The notes beneath the pieces are model-generated. The model ran no database searches, was not told where the DNA came from, and saw only the letters and a list, made by a program, of their open reading frames with translations. DNA of 64,000 bases from contig NC_086097.1 of the NCBI RefSeq assembly GCF_963921235.1, positions 19,718,001 to 19,782,000 of the forward strand, given 5' to 3'. Below are positions 62,901 through 64,000 of this stretch, piece by piece. A program made the position numbers and the translations under genes. This stretch comes from Mobula hypostoma. Lineage: Eukaryota. Position 1 is the first letter of the stretch, and the number at the start of each line of letters is the position of its first letter.

Positions 62901-63719
62901 TTCATCGGGTCAAAAGTTCATATCAATTCCCACCCTTCACCTTGTCCTGCAGCTCAAAACCTGCTTGTTTTCTGACCCTTCCCCGTTCTGAGAAGAGGCC
63001 AGTGATCTGAGACGTTTCCGCAGCTTAACGGAGCCCTCAAAACAGCAAAGGGACGAGTGGAACAGAGGGGTGACATCGGGAGGTGGGAGAGAGGAGTAAC
63101 GGAGATGGGGGGGGAGGAGAGAGCAAGGGGTAAGGGAGGTCACAACGGGAGTAAGAAAAATGAGAAAACAGGTTTTGCAGTGGGAAGGATCGAAGAGGAG
63201 GAGGGAACTGGGTGAAGGGGCAAAGGGGACAGGAGGGCGAAGGGGACGGGGGTGGAAGGGCGAAGAAGATAGGGGGCAAAGTGGACATTGTGGTGGGAGT
63301 CAAAGTGGGTGGGGAGGAGGGCAAATTGGACGGGGGAGCAAGGTGGAAGGAGAGGAAGGAGAGGGAGCAAAGGGGACGGTGCGAGACGAGATCCGCCACG
63401 TTCTGAAACACTCACCCGAGACATTGAGCTGCCCGCCCTCGAACCATCGGATCTTGCCGCGGGACAGGTCACAGTCGCTCACCGTGTGGAAGGGGCTGAT
63501 CCAGGACAGCCGGTCCCTGGCCAGCGCCCCCCAGAACCGTTCGGCCTGTTGCAAGGAGAATTGCCGCAGAGCCGGGTAGTCCCGGACCCCGGCGAAAGCC
63601 GTCGCCTCGGGCATAAACGCCGAAATGTCGCCGGTGCAGCAGCACCGGGCGAGCAGCGAGCCGAGACGGTCGGGCAGGAGGACCCGGAGCGAGGCGAGCG
63701 GCTTCCCCACCAGCCTCAT
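8819..63719 (-). CDS. ACSS1: Acetyl-CoA synthetase 2-like, mitochondrial (ACSS1); 5' part, join of coding exons 1-8, 3' exons not found in window
   Basis: Eight GT-AG exons (304, 97, 200, 176, 153, 148, 138, 93 nt) splice in phase into 436 codons plus 1 nt. Motifs: [58 protein letters not shown]-binding [37 protein letters not shown] and DTWWQT. The Arg/Leu-rich N-terminus and the WERDEPG motif favour ACSS1 over ACSS2. Confidence 0.93.
9743..11771 (-). mobile_element. 5'-truncated Rex1/Babar LINE, RT pseudogene
   Basis: 637-aa ORF with [36 protein letters not shown] and [15 protein letters not shown]. Compensating frameshifts near 10630-10700 (the expected [21 protein letters not shown] is in another frame). 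(TTATC)-type tail. Confidence 0.88.
11767..14011. repeat. G-rich 29-30 bp minisatellite, about 75 units
   Basis: Consensus ACAGGGGTACGGGCACACGGGAGAGGAGCT; higher-order periods of 209 and 386 bp. Confidence 0.97.
14367..14504 (-). CDS. ACSS1: ACSS1 exon 7
   Basis: (G)[48 protein letters not shown] acceptor, GTCAG donor. Confidence 0.95.
16638..17196 (-). mobile_element. Penelope-like element 3' fragment with inverted terminal-repeat copy
   Basis: [13 protein letters not shown] end of ORF; inverted terminal repeat at about 17081-17196; 15-bp TSD ACAATATGGGTGCAA (16623-16637 and 17197-17211). Confidence 0.85.
16697..16732 (-). ncRNA. Minimal type I hammerhead ribozyme motif in PLE terminal repeat
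   Basis: Minus strand AGUC-CUGACGA-AGGGUCUCGACCU-GAAAC-GUC-GACU: stem I AGUC/GACU, stem II AGG/CCU, GUC cleavage triplet. Confidence 0.72.
19500..19950. repeat. Polypurine tandem repeat (GGGTTTGGGGAATGGAGGGAGGGA and shorter variants)
   Basis: Directly visible; begins about 60 nt into intron 6. Confidence 0.9.
20010..20157 (-). CDS. ACSS1: ACSS1 exon 6
   Basis: [52 protein letters not shown] acceptor, GTCAG donor. Confidence 0.95.
20250..20735. mobile_element. Two tRNA-derived SINEs (HE1/V-SINE-like) in opposite orientation
   Basis: B-box-like GGTTCGAC/GGTTCAAC and core GTGGGTTTCCTCC..GTGCTC.GGTTTCCTCCCAC. Further copies at about 645, 22995, 29000, 31720, 32105, 33345, 38440, 40920, 44900, 50470 and 53110. 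Confidence 0.7.
21860..22595 (-). mobile_element. Rex1/L2-like LINE 3' fragment
   Basis: [33 protein letters not shown]; (CAATT)n tail. Confidence 0.75.
23580..27130 (-). mobile_element. Decayed CR1 LINE (APE endonuclease, RT, ORF1 remnant) with nested inserts
   Basis: [52 protein letters not shown] and RDLGVLV; many stops and frameshifts. Confidence 0.88.
26025..26100. mobile_element. Tiny hAT (Charlie-like) MITE
   Basis: Terminal inverted repeats (TIRs) CAGGGGTTCCCAACC and GGTTGGGACCCGCTG; same family as 61430-61492; no clear TSD. Confidence 0.6.
28005..28157 (-). CDS. ACSS1: ACSS1 exon 5 (AMP-binding P-loop)
   Basis: [54 protein letters not shown] acceptor, GTAAG donor. Confidence 0.95.
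28343..29314. mobile_element. pogo/Tigger-like non-autonomous DNA transposon (copy 1)
   Basis: Right end CCCAATTAACCAGAATCCACTG|TA; body similar to 51836-53445; interrupted by a SINE. Confidence 0.7.
29890..30850 (+). mobile_element. Cluster of CR1 3' fragments
   Basis: Repeated [14 protein letters not shown] / RGDLIE / FFTQR-type remnants. Confidence 0.7.
33700..34085 (+). mobile_element. Bipartite non-autonomous RTE-like element
   Basis: 5' ACCTTGTCATTGG...GGTAGGGTCACCCATG and 3' TTCATTGCTGCCCTA motifs, recognised from memory of RTE ends. Confidence 0.45.
36930..37920 (+). mobile_element. Rex1/L2-like LINE RT fragment
   Basis: [33 protein letters not shown] and [14 protein letters not shown]; (ATTCTG) tail. 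Confidence 0.8.
38156..38331 (-). CDS. ACSS1: ACSS1 exon 4
   Basis: (A)[61 protein letters not shown] acceptor, GTACA donor. Confidence 0.92.
38874..39330 (+). mobile_element. Second copy of the 67-521 element, (AATCT)n tail
   Basis: Near-identical blocks, e.g. TTATCAAATTA.GGTATTGCT.TGCACTGTTGTAAC and GCATGCATTACTAAATGACAATAAAA. Confidence 0.75.
40660..40859 (-). CDS. ACSS1: ACSS1 exon 3
   Basis: [69 protein letters not shown] acceptor, GTGAG donor. Confidence 0.95.
41921..42868 (+). mobile_element. RTE-clade LINE 3' fragment inside a CR1 fragment
   Basis: LLFAD remnant, FTYLGSTIS...[12 protein letters not shown]...[23 protein letters not shown] and C-terminal [17 protein letters not shown] zinc finger. 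Confidence 0.85.
43323..43419 (-). CDS. ACSS1: ACSS1 exon 2
   Basis: CAG acceptor, (V)[31 protein letters not shown](R), donor GTGAG; absent from the ORF track, read by hand. Confidence 0.93.
46611..47591 (+). mobile_element. Solo LTR
   Basis: Termini TGTTGGC...GTCAACA; 4-bp TSD AGTC (46607-46610 and 47592-47595); AATAAA at 47515. Confidence 0.8.
46961..47112. mobile_element. Inverted PLE terminal-repeat micro-element
   Basis: 13-bp TSD AAGAGCCATAAAT (46948-46960 and 47113-47125); 31-bp perfect inverted repeat. Confidence 0.85.
48586..49140 (-). mobile_element. Non-autonomous RTE-like element
   Basis: Minus strand GGCAGCTCATTTAGGAGAAGGAAAACTCTGA and GGCAACTCCTGCG motifs resemble RTE 5' UTRs (from memory). 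Confidence 0.45.
49510..50465 (+). mobile_element. Penelope-like element 3' part (Cys-rich linker, GIY-YIG endonuclease, terminal repeat with mutated hammerhead)
   Basis: [16 protein letters not shown] and [17 protein letters not shown]...[27 protein letters not shown] with one frameshift; hammerhead core mutated (CTGACAA, GAAAT) at 50366-50401. Confidence 0.88.
51836..53445. mobile_element. pogo/Tigger-like non-autonomous DNA transposon (copy 2) with nested LINE and SINE pieces
   Basis: Left end GTGGATTCAGTTAATTGGG is complementary to the right end of copy 1; shared body. Confidence 0.7.
57318..61492. mobile_element. hAT MITE split by the CR1 insertion
   Basis: Left CAGGAAATCCCC, right GGTTGGGAAGCCCTG; 8-bp TSD CTCTAGGG/CTGTAGGG (57310-57317 and 61493-61500). 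Confidence 0.6.
57327..61425 (-). mobile_element. Near full-length CR1 LINE (ORF1 zinc finger plus SGNH esterase; ORF2 APE-RT), inactivated
   Basis: ORF1: [33 protein letters not shown]2: [51 protein letters not shown]. Frameshifts near 59980 and 58805; RT motif FADD changed to FADG. Confidence 0.93.
61655..62270 (-). mobile_element. CR1 3' fragment (same family as about 34100-34580, 36480-36910 and 55400-56050)
   Basis: Shared 3' UTR AAAGTACAGCA...GGCCCATCTAGTCCATGCCGAACC and RT C-terminal remnant. Confidence 0.75.
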
Positions 63720-63915
63720 GGTTCAGCCGTGTCGCTAGTGGTCCCGGGAACAGCAACGGATTCAGCGGAACTCGGGCAGCGACCGGACGCCGAACTGGGA
63801 ACCTGCCTCGGGGCGGGTGACGAAGTCCACATCTGGCTTGGGTTTCGCGTTCAAAATGTGATCGCGTCGCTCTCCAGCTCCTCCTATGATCCGCTATCCC
63901 ATCGTCCGCCGTTTC
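63370..63915. promoter_or_regulatory. CpG-rich island over ACSS1 exon 1 and putative promoter/5' UTR
   Basis: CpG density and GC content are visibly much higher than in flanking DNA; GC-box-like GGGGCGGG near 63810. Confidence 0.65.
63416..63719 (-). CDS. ACSS1: ACSS1 coding exon 1 (ATG, putative mitochondrial presequence)
   Basis: [15 protein letters not shown]...[16 protein letters not shown]...[10 protein letters not shown]; donor G|GTGAG (63415-63411), phase 1. Confidence 0.9.
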
Positions 63916-64000
63916 AGCAATTCCCTCTGATTAACATCTAAACTTCCCAACATTTGAGAAGTTTGTATAAGTACATGGATGCGAGGGGCATGGAGGGCTA

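Noticed and set aside
63288..63941. 217-aa plus-strand ORF opposite exon 1
   Set aside because: GC-rich antisense shadow of the ACSS1 exon; no recognisable domain.

Overview
This is vertebrate genomic DNA, not prokaryotic. The repeat families suggest a cartilaginous fish, probably a ray (inference). One host gene is supported: mitochondrial acetyl-CoA synthetase ACSS1 on the minus strand. Coding exons 1-8 (63719 down to 8819) have GT-AG boundaries and splice into one open frame of 1309 nt. I did not find exon 9 onward, so it probably lies beyond position 1. The introns are mostly transposable elements: two long CR1 LINEs (one near full length, with an esterase ORF1), Rex1/Babar-like and RTE fragments, Penelope-like elements (PLEs), tRNA-derived SINEs, two solo LTRs, a non-autonomous Helitron, and pogo/Tigger-like and hAT MITEs. 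There is also a 2.2-kb 30-bp minisatellite. The most notable signal is a dispersed PLE-derived family carrying a minimal type I hammerhead ribozyme motif. Two copies look intact and lie on the ACSS1 sense strand, flanking exons 7-8. Several nested insertions can be resolved to the base through their target-site duplications (TSDs). Most ORFs in the supplied track are spurious or decayed TE fragments.
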